Assembly: GCF_000354175.2 (NCBI RefSeq)
Contig: NC_022349.1
Span: 1,200,001 to 1,232,000 of the forward strand
Source of the DNA: Vibrio alginolyticus NBRC 15630 = ATCC 17749
GTDB taxonomy: Bacteria; Pseudomonadota; Gammaproteobacteria; Enterobacterales; Vibrionaceae
Direction: 5' to 3'
Length of the DNA stretch: 32,000 nt
The notes beneath the pieces are model-generated. The model had not been told where the DNA came from, did not search any database, and saw only the letters and a list, made by a program, of their open reading frames with translations. A program made the position numbers and the translations under genes. Shown in pieces: positions 8,304 to 18,140 of this stretch (within the stretch, counting starts at the first letter, position 1; every line of letters starts with the position of its first letter).

Positions 8304-8330
8304 AAAAAAGGAGGCCGAAGCCTCCTTTTA
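8304..8330 (-). terminator. Rho-independent terminator of ptsG
   Basis: AAAAGGAGGC (8306-8315) pairs with GCCTCCTTTT (8320-8329) around loop CGAA. On the minus strand the hairpin is followed by a T-run. It lies 24 nt after the ptsG stop. Confidence 0.8.
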
Positions 8331-8353
8331 TGCATTACTATGAATGACTGCGA

Positions 8354-9784
8354 TTAACCGTGGTTACGAATCCACTCATCCATTTCAGTTTTTAGGTTAT
8401 CAGACTTAGTACCGAAGATAGCCTGTACACCACCAGCTACAACTACAACACCAGCAGCGCCTAGTTGTTTTAGCTTGTCTTGGTCAACAGCTGCTGTATC
8501 TGCAACTGCTACACGTAGACGTGTGATACATGCATCTAGACCAGTAATGTTAGCTTTACCGCCAAACGCTGCAACCAGTTCACCGCCCATATCAGAGCCA
8601 GAAGTTACAGCTGCACTTTCCGTTTCATCTTCACGGCCAGGTGTTTTTAGGTCAAGCGCTGTGATTACACCACGGAACACTACGTAGTAAATTACTGCGT
8701 AAACTAGACCAACGGCAATCATTAGCACCATCTTCTGAGCGTTACCAGATAGAACTAGGAAGTCGATCAGACCGTGAGAGAAAGAAGTACCGTGTACAAA
8801 GCCTAGAGTGTTCGAAACGATGTATGCAGAACCAGCTAGTAGAGCGTGGATACCGTATAGTAGTGGAGCAACGAATAGGAATGAGAATTCGATTGGCTCA
8901 GTAATACCAGTTAGGAATGAAGTCAGTGCAGCTGACGCCATGATACCCATTACTTTTGCACGGTTTTCTGGTTTAGCACAATGAGCAATTGCGATTGCTG
9001 CAGCTGGTAGACCGAACATCTTGAACATGTAACCACCCGCTAGCTGACCGAAGCCATTACCAGCAGCACGAGATGCTTCATCAGCAACTAGGTAACAAGT
9101 TAGTACACCATTTTGAGCTTCACCGGCAGCGTTAACACAAGAACCTGCTTCGAAGAAGAACGGTACGTTCCATACGTGGTGTAGACCGAATGGGATTAGA
9201 GAACGCTCAACAACACCGTAGATACCGAATGCTAGCTGTGGGTTTTGGTGTGCAGCCCAATCAGAGAATGCAGAAATTGCACCGCCAATTGGTGGCCAGA
9301 TAACAGAAAGGATAACACCTAGGATGATCGCAGCAAAACCAGTGATGATTGGCACTGCGCGCTTACCAGCGAAGAAGCCAAGGTACTCTGGAAGTTGGAT
9401 TTTGAAGAAACGGTTGAATGCCCAAGCAGCCACACCACCGACAAGGATACCACCTAGTACACCTGTATCGATTTTCTCAACACCCATAACGCCCGCCATT
9501 ACACCTAGCGTTGCCGTCATGATGCCGTAACCAACGATAGCTGCAAGACCTGCAACACCGTCGTTGTTAGTGAAGCCTAGAGCTACACCTACTGCAAATA
9601 GAAGTGCCATTTGGCCGAATACTGAACCACCAGCTTGTTCCATAAGATTAGAAACGATCTCTGGAATAAAGCTTAGATGGGCAGCACCCACACCTAATAA
9701 AATACCTGCAACTGGTAAAACTGATACTGGAAGCATCAGAGCCTTACCAACTTTTTGCAGGTTAGCAAAAAGGTTCTTAAACAT
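8354..9784 (-). CDS. ptsG: PTS glucose-specific transporter subunit IIBC
   Basis: 476 aa, collinear with E. coli PtsG: [30 protein letters not shown] at the N-terminus, [19 protein letters not shown] linker, the IIB active-site region ACITRLRV, and C-terminal [23 protein letters not shown] lies 7 nt upstream. Confidence 0.97.
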   Translation of the reverse strand: MFKNLFANLQKVGKALMLPVSVLPVAGILLGVGAAHLSFIPEIVSNLMEQAGGSVFGQMALLFAVGVALGFTNNDGVAGLAAIVGYGIMTATLGVMAGVMGVEKIDTGVLGGILVGGVAAWAFNRFFKIQLPEYLGFFAGKRAVPIITGFAAIILGVILSVIWPPIGGAISAFSDWAAHQNPQLAFGIYGVVERSLIPFGLHHVWNVPFFFEAGSCVNAAGEAQNGVLTCYLVADEASRAAGNGFGQLAGGYMFKMFGLPAAAIAIAHCAKPENRAKVMGIMASAALTSFLTGITEPIEFSFLFVAPLLYGIHALLAGSAYIVSNTLGFVHGTSFSHGLIDFLVLSGNAQKMVLMIAVGLVYAVIYYVVFRGVITALDLKTPGREDETESAAVTSGSDMGGELVAAFGGKANITGLDACITRLRVAVADTAAVDQDKLKQLGAAGVVVVAGGVQAIFGTKSDNLKTEMDEWIRNHG

Positions 9785-10030
9785 GTTTATGCTCCTGATA
9801 AATTTATAAGTATTATTTGGGCACTAACGGCACACCCCCGTAGCCTAAAGGTTAGCACCCAATGAAAATGTAACCACAACTGCATTATATTTTCCGGCTC
9901 TAAATATATATTGATGACCCTCAAACTTTCCACACAGTTACGAAATTTAGTTTCAAAACAAGTCTTGGATCACACCCAAAAACAGCCGATGAAAAGGTTT
10001 GCATTGCACTTATATTACTGTTTTATAAAG

Positions 10031-10054
10031 AATTAATTATTTATATAATTAATT
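10031..10054. promoter_or_regulatory. 24-bp AT-only palindrome upstream of ptsG (candidate ROK/Mlc-type operator)
   Basis: AATTAATTA-TTTATA-TAATTAATT has 9-nt arms that are exact reverse complements. It lies about 250-270 nt upstream of the ptsG ATG. Assignment to Mlc is a hypothesis only. Confidence 0.25.
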
Positions 10055-10185
10055 TTAAGGCGTAAATAAAATACGCCCCAATGTTATTTTTAGTAACAAA
10101 ATTACATTTGTGATTTTTGAATGTTATTAAATCAACATTTTTAGTAAACATTAAACTCGTGAGCGTATCTGTTGTTTTTATCAAC

Positions 10186-10211
10186 AAAAAAGGAGCCTAA
10201 GCTCCTTTTTT
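10186..10211 (-). terminator. Rho-independent terminator ending the pabC-to-ycfH gene string
   Basis: AAAAAAGGAGC (10186-10196) pairs with GCTCCTTTTTT (10201-10211) around loop CTAA. It lies 18 nt after the ycfH stop on the minus strand. Confidence 0.8.
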
Positions 10212-10228
10212 ATGCTCTTATTATTTTT

Positions 10229-10996
10229 TCATCGCAAAAAAAGATTTCGGAAGTTTTCGGTGGTTTTTTGTGCCACTTCAGAAAGAGAGCACGATTTGAG
10301 TTGCGCAATATAAGAAGCGACTTCGACAACGTAAGCGGGTTGATTCTCTTTGCCACGATGGGGAACAGGAGCCAAGTAAGGAGAATCTGTCTCAATAAGA
10401 AGCTTCTCTAAAGGTAGAGTCTTCACCACTTCTTTTAACTCTGTAGCTTGACGGAAAGTAACAATCCCCGAGATAGAAATATAAAACCCCAGCTCCAGTG
10501 CAGCTTCAGCAAATGGAAGATCTTCTGTAAAACAGTGGATAACACCACCACATTTCTCTGCCCCACCCTTACGCAAAATATCTAGAGTATCCGCACGTGC
10601 GTTTCTGGTATGGATAATTAAAGGTTTGTTGAGCTCCACTGCAAGATCAACGTGTTGCTCAAAGCGCTCTTTCTGTAACGCGGCCGTTTCGGGCTTGTAA
10701 TGATAATCTAAACCCGTTTCGCCAATAGCGACGACTTTTGCATTCGACGCATGGTGGCGCAATACGTCCATCGAAAAGTCGCTTTCAACATCAAGTGGGT
10801 GCACACCGCACGAAGCATAAACATTGTCATAAGGCTCGATCATTTCCATCATTTTCGGGAAAGAATCCAGCGTTACTCCAACAGAAAGTAGCTCAGTTAC
10901 GTTTGCTTGTTTAGCTTTGTTAATAACGTCTTCCACATTGATGTGGAGATCGTCGTAATTCAATTTGTCTAAATGACAATGAGAATCTACGAACAT
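10229..10996 (-). CDS. ycfH: TatD-family metal-dependent hydrolase YcfH
   Basis: The N-terminal MFVDSHCHLD motif is present, along with conserved H/D/E metal ligands (GETGLDYH, IHTR, HCF, ETDSPYL). The position after holB matches E. coli. The start overlaps the holB stop by 10 nt. Confidence 0.93.
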   Translation of the reverse strand: MFVDSHCHLDKLNYDDLHINVEDVINKAKQANVTELLSVGVTLDSFPKMMEMIEPYDNVYASCGVHPLDVESDFSMDVLRHHASNAKVVAIGETGLDYHYKPETAALQKERFEQHVDLAVELNKPLIIHTRNARADTLDILRKGGAEKCGGVIHCFTEDLPFAEAALELGFYISISGIVTFRQATELKEVVKTLPLEKLLIETDSPYLAPVPHRGKENQPAYVVEVASYIAQLKSCSLSEVAQKTTENFRNLFLR

Positions 10997-11949
10997 AATG
11001 CCTCTCGTGATTCAATTAACCAATTCATTGATAGTAGCTCAAGGTTCAGGCCAGGAAAGGCTTGCACCTGAGCTTTCAGGTTCATCAGCGCCTTCGCTGA
11101 TGAGTACAAACCGTTATAGTTGTCCGGTTGAAACTTTGTCGCGCCCGGAAGCATTTGAGCTTCTGATACACCAAACTGCGCTTTCTGAGCATCTGTCAGT
11201 AAATACCATGCCCAGTCTAGTGATTGCTCTGAGTGTTTAGCGATTAAAGAAGCACACTCAGAAACGTCTGAAACAGGCGAAGACATTGCCTTAATAAAAC
11301 TGCGTTCAAAAGCCAAGTAAGCTTCGAGATCACCATTATTTAACGCATCCAATGTTTTTATTGGAGAGCCCATATTCAGTTTTAAGGCATAAGCAGGAAC
11401 TTGCTTCGCCCCTTGTTCGTGCATCCATTGCATTGCTTGTTCCGCTGACGGAGGCGCAACAACCCAGTGTTGGCAACGGCTACGAATCGTTGGGAGCAGA
11501 CGCTCCTGATTGTGGGTAACGAGCAAAAACAAGCACTTTGCCCCAGGCTCTTCTAGCGTCTTTAACAGCGCATTCGATGCCGACTCGTTCATAGAGTCCG
11601 CCGGTTCTATTACAAATAGGCGGTAACCATTAAGCTGAGATGATTCCTGAGCAAGACGGTTACAAGCGCGAATTTGGTCCACCGTTATCGCCTTTCCTTC
11701 TTTCTCTGGCTTGATCCAGTGTAAATCAGGGTGGTTTTGAGATTGATTTAGCTGGCAGCTATGACAAAAACCGCATGCTTCACTCGCGTAATTTTGGCAA
11801 AGAAGCGCTTGGCTAAAAAACTCGATAAGTTTTTCGATGCCTAAGCCCTGATCGCTTTGTAATAAAAGCGCACCTGGTATTCTGTCCGACTCTAACCCTA
11901 CTTTGAGGTTATCCCATATTGGCTGTAGCCATGGATAATCATTTAACAT
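10987..11949 (-). CDS. holB: DNA polymerase III subunit delta-prime
   Basis: YPWL N-terminus, Zn-module C-x-x-C-x-x-C (CGFCHSCQL), NALLKTLEEP and the SRC motif (LPTIRSRCQ). Synteny tmk-holB-ycfH. Confidence 0.93.
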   Translation of the reverse strand: MLNDYPWLQPIWDNLKVGLESDRIPGALLLQSDQGLGIEKLIEFFSQALLCQNYASEACGFCHSCQLNQSQNHPDLHWIKPEKEGKAITVDQIRACNRLAQESSQLNGYRLFVIEPADSMNESASNALLKTLEEPGAKCLFLLVTHNQERLLPTIRSRCQHWVVAPPSAEQAMQWMHEQGAKQVPAYALKLNMGSPIKTLDALNNGDLEAYLAFERSFIKAMSSPVSDVSECASLIAKHSEQSLDWAWYLLTDAQKAQFGVSEAQMLPGATKFQPDNYNGLYSSAKALMNLKAQVQAFPGLNLELLSMNWLIESREALCS

Positions 11950-11973
11950 GAGTCACCTAAATTTACATTTCAC

Positions 11974-12606
11974 TTATTGACGAGCTAGCCACTCGTTTAG
12001 AGCGTCCCGAATATCACGCGACACGCCTTCAATCGTCTGTTCTGCGTTAATGATAACGATGGAAGGATCGGCATGAGCAATCTCCAAATAACGCTCACGT
12101 GTACGCTCGAAGAAACTAATATCCATCTTCTCTATACGATCTAACTCACCACGCCCACGCGCACGCTCAAGCCCAACACGAGGGTTAATGTCCATATAGA
12201 GAGTAAGAGCAGGTTTAAAATCACCAAGCGTTGTATCCCGGAGATTTTTCATTAACGATGCGTCAATCTGACGGCCACCACCTTGATAAGCTTGCGACGA
12301 CATATCGTGTCGGTCACCAACCACCCACTGACCGTTTTCCAAAGCTGGTTTGATCACGTTCTCAACCAACTGAACACGTGCAGCGTACAGAAGAAGCAAC
12401 TCCGTCATGTCCTTAAGTTCTTCGCCTTCGTGCTCTTCTTTCACCAGAGCGCGCATTTTTTCTGCTAGCGGTGTGCCTCCTGGCTCACGGGTATTTACGA
12501 TATCCTCAATACCTGCCGCTTTTAGCGTATCTAAAACGGTTTTAATCGCAGTGCTTTTACCCGCGCCTTCTAGGCCTTCAACGACAATAAAGTTTGCTTT
12601 CATCAT
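11974..12606 (-). CDS. tmk: Thymidylate (dTMP) kinase
   Basis: P-loop [21 protein letters not shown], and the DR(H/Y) motif. The start overlaps the mltG stop (ATGATGA). Confidence 0.95.
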   Translation of the reverse strand: MMKANFIVVEGLEGAGKSTAIKTVLDTLKAAGIEDIVNTREPGGTPLAEKMRALVKEEHEGEELKDMTELLLLYAARVQLVENVIKPALENGQWVVGDRHDMSSQAYQGGGRQIDASLMKNLRDTTLGDFKPALTLYMDINPRVGLERARGRGELDRIEKMDISFFERTRERYLEIAHADPSIVIINAEQTIEGVSRDIRDALNEWLARQ

Positions 12607-13619
12607 TTGTTCTTTCTTAGTTCTCTTAAATAGGCACGAACAGCACGGTTGTGCTCAGCAAGGGATTTCGAAAATACATGTCCGCCCTTTCCACTTGCTA
12701 CAAAATATAAATAGTTGCTGCTTTCTGGATTCAAAGCCGCTTCAATGGAAGCTTCACCAGCCATCGCAATCGGTGTTGGTGGCAAACCATTGATGGTATA
12801 AGTGTTATATGGTGTCGGCGTACGCAAATCTTTCTTACGAATATTGCCATCGTATGCATCACCCATACCATAAATAACTGTCGGATCAGTTTGTAACCGC
12901 ATGCGTTTGTTCAATCGGTTGATAAACACAGAAGCGACGCGCTCACGCTCAGAATCAATAGCCGTCTCTTTCTCGATGATAGACGCGAGAATCAAGGCTT
13001 CATATTTGTCCTGTAATGGCAGCTTTTCTTGACGAGCTTCCCAGCTAGCGTCCAGTATTTTATTGAGTTTTCGATGCGCTCGTTTTAATAACTGGCTTTC
13101 ACTCGCACCCGCTGTGTAATGGTAGGTTTCTGCTAAAAACAACCCTTCTAGCTTTTCTCTCTCAATTCCAAGCTTCGCAGCCATTTCTTTTTCTGACAGT
13201 TCGGTTAAATCATGCTTTAAATAAGGAGCACTTTTTAGTTGATCTACCCATTCAGAAAAGCGGCTGCCTTCAACAAAAGTGATCGCAAACTGGTATTCTT
13301 TTCCAGTATTCAGATGCTCCAATGTTTGCGAAAGCGACATACCAGGCTCAAGTTGGTAAGTACCCGCTCGCACTTGCAACAATTCTGGATATAAGTGAGG
13401 AATTAAACGGATGTACTCCGATGTTTCAATCACCTCATCTTCAACTAAGGCGCGCATGACATGATGAAAGCTTGTACCACTTTCTACAGTAAACAGCTGA
13501 GGTTGTTCCAATAGAATAGGCTTTTCAACGTATTGTTTAGCCTGTGAAATTATATAAAAAACAGCTGCTGCGCCTATCACTGCGATCAGCACAACAAAAG
13601 CCAACAGTTTTTTAATCAC
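12603..13619 (-). CDS. mltG: Endolytic peptidoglycan transglycosylase MltG (YceG)
   Basis: N-terminal TM anchor, YceG-like blocks ([35 protein letters not shown]). The GTG start overlaps the pabC stop (GTGA, 13616-13619). Confidence 0.93.
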   Translation of the reverse strand: MIKKLLAFVVLIAVIGAAAVFYIISQAKQYVEKPILLEQPQLFTVESGTSFHHVMRALVEDEVIETSEYIRLIPHLYPELLQVRAGTYQLEPGMSLSQTLEHLNTGKEYQFAITFVEGSRFSEWVDQLKSAPYLKHDLTELSEKEMAAKLGIEREKLEGLFLAETYHYTAGASESQLLKRAHRKLNKILDASWEARQEKLPLQDKYEALILASIIEKETAIDSERERVASVFINRLNKRMRLQTDPTVIYGMGDAYDGNIRKKDLRTPTPYNTYTINGLPPTPIAMAGEASIEAALNPESSNYLYFVASGKGGHVFSKSLAEHNRAVRAYLRELRKNK

Positions 13620-14431
13620 GTAGTTAAATTCCCTTGCAGTCGTTGAGTCAATTTTCCTATCGGAAATATAGTCTTAGAGTTCGATGTCACTATGCTGCGA
13701 ATAGGTACGACACCTAATATTGAGTTACACATGAAAGCCTCGTCAGCACTCAGCAAATCTGGAAGTATAAAACGCCCCTCGATGACTTCAATATGACTTA
13801 CTTTAAGTAACTCAAGCACCTTACGACGCATTACGCCCGTAACGCCTGATAAGGTCAGCTCCGGCGTAAATACTTTATTACCTTTAACCCAAAAAAGGTT
13901 GGCCATTGTAGTTTCAATGACATGGTTTTGCACATTTAACGTTATTGCATCTGCAAACTCTGTATTGTCGATTTCAGCCTTGGCGAGAATCTGCTCTAAA
14001 CGGTTGTTGTGCTTATGTCCCGCAAGTAAAGGTTGAATCCCTAGACGAGTATTACAAACGCCCAAGTCCACACCTTGTTCTTGCCAAGATGAATAATGAG
14101 AAGGAAACGCAAAATTGGAAATCGTCACGATAGGGCCTTTAATCCCATTAGGGCTATACCCTCGCCCGCCAATACCGCGGCTAACGTGAATCTTCACCCC
14201 CGCTCGTGCGTCAGATAAAACCGCTTTGCTTGCCCAATCATGCACAACTTTCCAGTCAGGTGAAGAGATCTTCAAAGCGTCAAGGCAAGCACTCATGCGC
14301 TCAGTATGTTCTTGCCAGTAAACCAACTCTCCATTTTGGGTCAGGATGGTGGTAAAGCCTCCATCACCGTATTGGAATGAGCGATCACCTAGCTCTACAT
14401 GCGTTTGCGGAACTCCATTTACCCAAAACAT
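13616..14431 (-). CDS. pabC: Aminodeoxychorismate lyase (class IV PLP enzyme)
   Basis: Collinear with E. coli PabC (MF-xNG, DR-xQ-GDG-FTT, SRG-GGRGYS, LAG-KH-NRLEQ, ANLFW). Position between fabF and mltG matches E. coli. Confidence 0.9.
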   Translation of the reverse strand: MFWVNGVPQTHVELGDRSFQYGDGGFTTILTQNGELVYWQEHTERMSACLDALKISSPDWKVVHDWASKAVLSDARAGVKIHVSRGIGGRGYSPNGIKGPIVTISNFAFPSHYSSWQEQGVDLGVCNTRLGIQPLLAGHKHNNRLEQILAKAEIDNTEFADAITLNVQNHVIETTMANLFWVKGNKVFTPELTLSGVTGVMRRKVLELLKVSHIEVIEGRFILPDLLSADEAFMCNSILGVVPIRSIVTSNSKTIFPIGKLTQRLQGNLTT

Positions 14432-14461
14432 TCACGTACCTTCAAATTAGCAGACAACAAA

Positions 14462-14498
14462 TAAAACAAAACGGCTCAATGCTAAGCATCGAGCCGTT
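14462..14498 (-). terminator. Strong rho-independent terminator after fabF
   Basis: The minus-strand RNA reads AACGGCTCGATGC-TTA-GCATTGAGCCGTT followed by TTGTTTT. That is a 13-bp stem (one G-U pair) with a 3-nt loop. It starts about 40 nt after the fabF stop and ends 30 nt before the pabC ATG. Confidence 0.85.
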
Positions 14499-14538
14499 AG
14501 AATACAAGTTTCGCTTATCTAAATAAGGTTAGATAGTG

Positions 14539-15789
14539 TTACTCAGCGAACTTCTTGAAGATCAAAGAACCGTTTGTACCACCAAAGCCAAACGAGTTAC
14601 AGATAGCGTACTCCATACCTTCAACTTTGCGCGCTGTATGCGGCACAAGGTCGATGTCTAGACCTTCTTCTGGTTCATCAAGGTTAATGGTTGGCGGAAC
14701 AATTTGGTCAACCAAAGACATAACCGTGATAATTGCTTCAACAGAGCCAGCAGCACCTAATAGGTGACCCGTCATCGACTTAGTTGAAGACACAAGAACT
14801 TGCTTCGCACCTTCTTCACCAAGAGCACGTTTCACGCCCTTGATTTCTGCAACATCACCAGCAGGAGTAGAAGTACCGTGAGCATTCACATAACCTACTT
14901 GAGTACCTGTGATGTTAGCGTCACGCATCGCCGCTTCCATCGCAAGTGCACCACCAGAGCCATCTTCGCTTGGAGATGTCATGTGGTAAGCATCACCAGA
15001 CATACCAAAACCAACCAGTTCTGCGTAAATCTTCGCGCCACGTGCTTTTGCGTGTTCGTACTCTTCAAGCACCATCATGCCAGCACCATCACCTAGAACA
15101 AAACCATCACGGCCTTTATCCCATGGGCGAGACGCTTTTTGAGGCTCTTCATTACGAGTAGATAGCGCTTTAGCTGCACCGAAGCCAGCCATGCCAAGAG
15201 GCGTAGAAGCTTTTTCTGCACCACCAGCAACCATCGCATCTGCATCGCCGTAGGCAATCATACGTGCTGCATGGCCAATATTATGCAGGCCAGTAGTACA
15301 TGCGGTAGAAATCGCGATATTTGGACCACGAAGACCACGCATGATAGATAGGTTACCTGCAACCATGTTTACAATGGTCGAAGGAACAAAAAATGGGCTA
15401 ACTTTGCGAGGGCCTTTGTCTACTAATGCAGTATGGCCAGTTTCGATAAGGTCAAGACCGCCAATGCCTGAGCCGATAGCAACACCAACTCGAGCCGCAT
15501 TTTCTTCGGTAATTTGTAAGCCAGAGTTATCAAGAGCTTGAATACCCGCTGCAATGCCGTACTGGATGAAAAGGTCCATCTTACGAGCATCTTTTTTAGA
15601 CATGTACTCTGTGCAATCGAAATCTTTAACAAGACCTGCAAAACGAGTTGAGAAGTTCGTAGTATCAAAGTGCTCGATATTTACGATACCACTTTGACCT
15701 TCTAGCAGGGCTTTCCAAGATGATTCTACTGTGTTGCCTACCGGTGACAACATACCCATGCCAGTGACAACTACACGACGCTTGGACAC
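14539..15789 (-). CDS. fabF: Beta-ketoacyl-ACP synthase II
   Basis: Near-identical blocks to E. coli FabF along the whole length ([27 protein letters not shown], active-site [29 protein letters not shown]). GTG start with GGAG 9 nt upstream. Confidence 0.97.
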   Translation of the reverse strand: MSKRRVVVTGMGMLSPVGNTVESSWKALLEGQSGIVNIEHFDTTNFSTRFAGLVKDFDCTEYMSKKDARKMDLFIQYGIAAGIQALDNSGLQITEENAARVGVAIGSGIGGLDLIETGHTALVDKGPRKVSPFFVPSTIVNMVAGNLSIMRGLRGPNIAISTACTTGLHNIGHAARMIAYGDADAMVAGGAEKASTPLGMAGFGAAKALSTRNEEPQKASRPWDKGRDGFVLGDGAGMMVLEEYEHAKARGAKIYAELVGFGMSGDAYHMTSPSEDGSGGALAMEAAMRDANITGTQVGYVNAHGTSTPAGDVAEIKGVKRALGEEGAKQVLVSSTKSMTGHLLGAAGSVEAIITVMSLVDQIVPPTINLDEPEEGLDIDLVPHTARKVEGMEYAICNSFGFGGTNGSLIFKKFAE

Positions 15790-15849
15790 GATATAATTCT
15801 CCGGGAATTGAATATTTCTATGAGAGGATAGAAGAAGTTAGAAAGAACA

Positions 15850-15872
15850 CAGGCGGTCTAGGAGACCGCCTG
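15850..15872 (-). terminator. acpP-fabF intergenic hairpin (possible partial terminator/attenuator)
   Basis: CAGGCGGTC (15850-15858) pairs with GACCGCCTG (15864-15872) around a 5-nt loop, 10 nt after the acpP stop. The downstream minus-strand sequence is only moderately T-rich (TGTTCTTTCT). Confidence 0.4.
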
Positions 15873-15882
15873 GGAGAGCTAA

Positions 15883-16116
15883 TTACTGAGCGCTGTTTAC
15901 GTAGTCGATTGCAGCTTGAACAGTAGTGATCTTCTCAGCTTCTTCGTCAGGAATCTCAGTGTCGAATTCCTCTTCTAGAGCCATAACTAGTTCTACAGTG
16001 TCTAGAGAATCAGCACCTAGATCGTCAACGAAAGAAGCTTCGTTTTTAACTTCTGCTTCGTCTACACCTAGCTGTTCAACAATGATTTTCTTTACGCGTT
16101 CTTCGATGTTGCTCAT
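15883..16116 (-). CDS. acpP: Acyl carrier protein
   Basis: 77 aa, [17 protein letters not shown], phosphopantetheine site [27 protein letters not shown]. Confidence 0.98.
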
Positions 16117-16361
16117 TTTTCTTTCCTTTACAGATTTCGCCTAATGCGATGATTCCGTAGTTTATTCGAACTATTGAAAGTTGCAAGGGGGTCCTTGCTG
16201 GTCAAACCACAAAATTAGCGAATTTAACCGAATTTCAATACATTTTTGACTTAAATCATGCACAAATCTTGCGCATAAGCATGACAAGTTCATGACAGTT
16301 AACTGCAACTATAGGCTATTTTTCACAATGTAAAATAGCTTATTTTGCATAAACTGTCGCA

Positions 16362-17099
16362 TTAAACCATGTACATGCCACCATTTACATGCAAAGTTTC
16401 ACCAGTAATGTACGCTGCTTCAGGAGAAGCAAGGAAAACTACTGCTGATGCAATTTCACTTGGGTCACCTAAACGACCTGCTGGCACGTTCGACAATGTT
16501 GCCGCACGTTGGTCATCATTTAGTGCCTTAGTCATGTCAGTTTCGATGAAACCAGGAGCAACAGTGTTCACTGTTACACCACGAGACGCAACTTCACGAG
16601 CCATTGATTTAGTAAAACCAATCACGCCCGCTTTCGCTGCTGCGTAGTTAGTTTGACCAGCATTACCCATGGTACCAACAACAGAGCCTACGTTGATGAT
16701 ACGACCCGCACGTTTTTTCATCATACCGCGTAAAACCGCTTTAGACATGCGGTAGATTGGCGTTAGGTTGGTATCGATGATGTCGTTCCACTCATCATCT
16801 TTCATGCGCATCAATAGGTTGTCACGAGTAATACCAGCGTTATTCACCAGAATATCGATCACACCAAATTCTTCGTTGATCGTTTTTAATGTCGCTTCGA
16901 TAGACTCGACATCAGTCACGTTAAGCGCTAAGCCTTTACCGTTATCACCAAGATACTCGCTGATAGCAGCCGCACCACTTTCAGAAGTAGCAGTACCGAT
17001 AACCGTAGCACCTCGCTCGACAAGAAGTTCCGCGATCGCGCGGCCAATACCACGGCTTGCGCCGGTAACTAGCGCGATCTTACCTTCTAGATTCATCAT
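16362..17099 (-). CDS. fabG: 3-oxoacyl-ACP reductase
   Basis: SDR with GKIALVTGASRGIGRAIAE, NNAGITRD, Y-x-x-x-K (YAAAKAG), and C-terminal ITGETLHVNGGMYMV identical to E. coli FabG. Confidence 0.97.
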   Translation of the reverse strand: MMNLEGKIALVTGASRGIGRAIAELLVERGATVIGTATSESGAAAISEYLGDNGKGLALNVTDVESIEATLKTINEEFGVIDILVNNAGITRDNLLMRMKDDEWNDIIDTNLTPIYRMSKAVLRGMMKKRAGRIINVGSVVGTMGNAGQTNYAAAKAGVIGFTKSMAREVASRGVTVNTVAPGFIETDMTKALNDDQRAATLSNVPAGRLGDPSEIASAVVFLASPEAAYITGETLHVNGGMYMV

Positions 17100-17141
17100 G
17101 TTGTGTTTCCTTTTCTTATCGCAAATTTATCGCTTGATGGA

Positions 17142-18065
17142 TTACTTCGCAGCGTCTAGCGATGCGATATCATTCACTGCTGCTGCAGTTAGCGTTTTCA
17201 CGATACGTTTTGTTAGACCTGTTAAAACTTTACCAGGACCAAGCTCAAGAAGATTTTCTACGCCTTGTTCGTGCATCAGTTCAACTGTTTCAGTCCAACG
17301 AACTGGGCTATGTAGCTGACGAACAAGCGCATCTTTGATTTTTGCAGGATCTGTCTCAGCAACCACATCAACGTTGTTGATAACTGGCAGCTGTGGTGAG
17401 TTAAATTCGATAGACTCGAGAGCTACAGCAAGTTTTTCCGCTGCTGGCTTCATAAGTGCACAGTGTGAAGGTACTGAAACAGGAAGAGGAAGCGCACGCT
17501 TCGCACCAGCTTCTTTACATAGCGCACCAGCTCGCTCTACTGCGTCTTTGCTACCAGCGATAACGACTTGACCAGGCGAGTTAAAGTTTACTGGAGAGAC
17601 CACTTCGCCTTGCGCTGCGTCTTCACACGCTTTTGCAATCGCATCATCAGCCAAACCGATAATCGCGTACATTGCGCCAGTACCAGCTGGTACTGCTTCT
17701 TGCATAAGTTGACCACGTAATTCAACCAGCTTGATGGCTTCTTTAAAGTCAATAACACCCGCACATACAAGTGCTGAGTACTCACCTAGGCTGTGACCGG
17801 CTAGGTTTGCTGGTTGCTCTAAGCCAAGTTCCTGCCATACACGCCAGATTGCAACAGATGAAGCTAGCAAAGCTGGTTGAGTACGGAAAGTCTCGTTTAA
17901 ATCTTCTGCAGGTCCATTTTGAACAAGCGCCCATAGATCGTAACCTAGTGCGTCAGATGCTTCTGCAAATGTTTGTTTTACTACGTCATATTGTTCGCCT
18001 AGTTCTGCAAGCATACCTACAGCTTGAGAACCTTGACCTGGAAATACGATAGCAAACTTGCTCAT
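17142..18065 (-). CDS. fabD: Malonyl-CoA:ACP transacylase
   Basis: FPGQGSQ, the active-site GHSLGEYSALV, and position between fabH and fabG. Confidence 0.96.
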   Translation of the reverse strand: MSKFAIVFPGQGSQAVGMLAELGEQYDVVKQTFAEASDALGYDLWALVQNGPAEDLNETFRTQPALLASSVAIWRVWQELGLEQPANLAGHSLGEYSALVCAGVIDFKEAIKLVELRGQLMQEAVPAGTGAMYAIIGLADDAIAKACEDAAQGEVVSPVNFNSPGQVVIAGSKDAVERAGALCKEAGAKRALPLPVSVPSHCALMKPAAEKLAVALESIEFNSPQLPVINNVDVVAETDPAKIKDALVRQLHSPVRWTETVELMHEQGVENLLELGPGKVLTGLTKRIVKTLTAAAVNDIASLDAAK

Positions 18066-18140
18066 GTTGTTTTCCTTTAAGCAAAGTAAAAAGAAATAAG
18101 ATGCACCAAGTGCACCTTAAATTTTGAATTCTTGTGAAAC

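Noticed and set aside
8124-8357. 77-aa plus-strand ORF between the small OMP gene and ptsG.
   Set aside because: It starts antisense inside the OMP gene, runs through the ptsG terminator hairpin, and has no SD. The translation is lysine-rich AT-driven noise.
10059-10077. GGCGTA-AATAAAA-TACGCC hairpin in the ptsG upstream region as a terminator or sRNA 3' end.
   Set aside because: No T-run directly follows on either strand, and no upstream gene or promoter can be associated with it.
12407-12793. 128-aa plus-strand ORF across the tmk/mltG junction. Similar antisense ORFs occur at 19536-19934 (plsX), 30292-30666 (asmA), 6956-7285 (NSS transporter) and 8475-9809 (ptsG).
   Set aside because: All are antisense shadow frames of confidently assigned genes, with Ser/Pro/Ala/Thr-rich translations and no RBS.
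16315-16339. AT-rich hairpin GCTATTTT/AAAATAGC just downstream of fabG as a fabG terminator.
   Set aside because: The stem is weak and all-AT-biased. The T-run is on the wrong (plus) strand for the minus-strand operon. The region more likely contains the acpP promoter.
16768-17319. 183-aa plus-strand ORF spanning the fabG/fabD junction.
   Set aside because: It is antisense to two highly conserved fab genes. It is a Ser/Pro/Ile-rich low-information translation with no RBS, so it is a shadow ORF.
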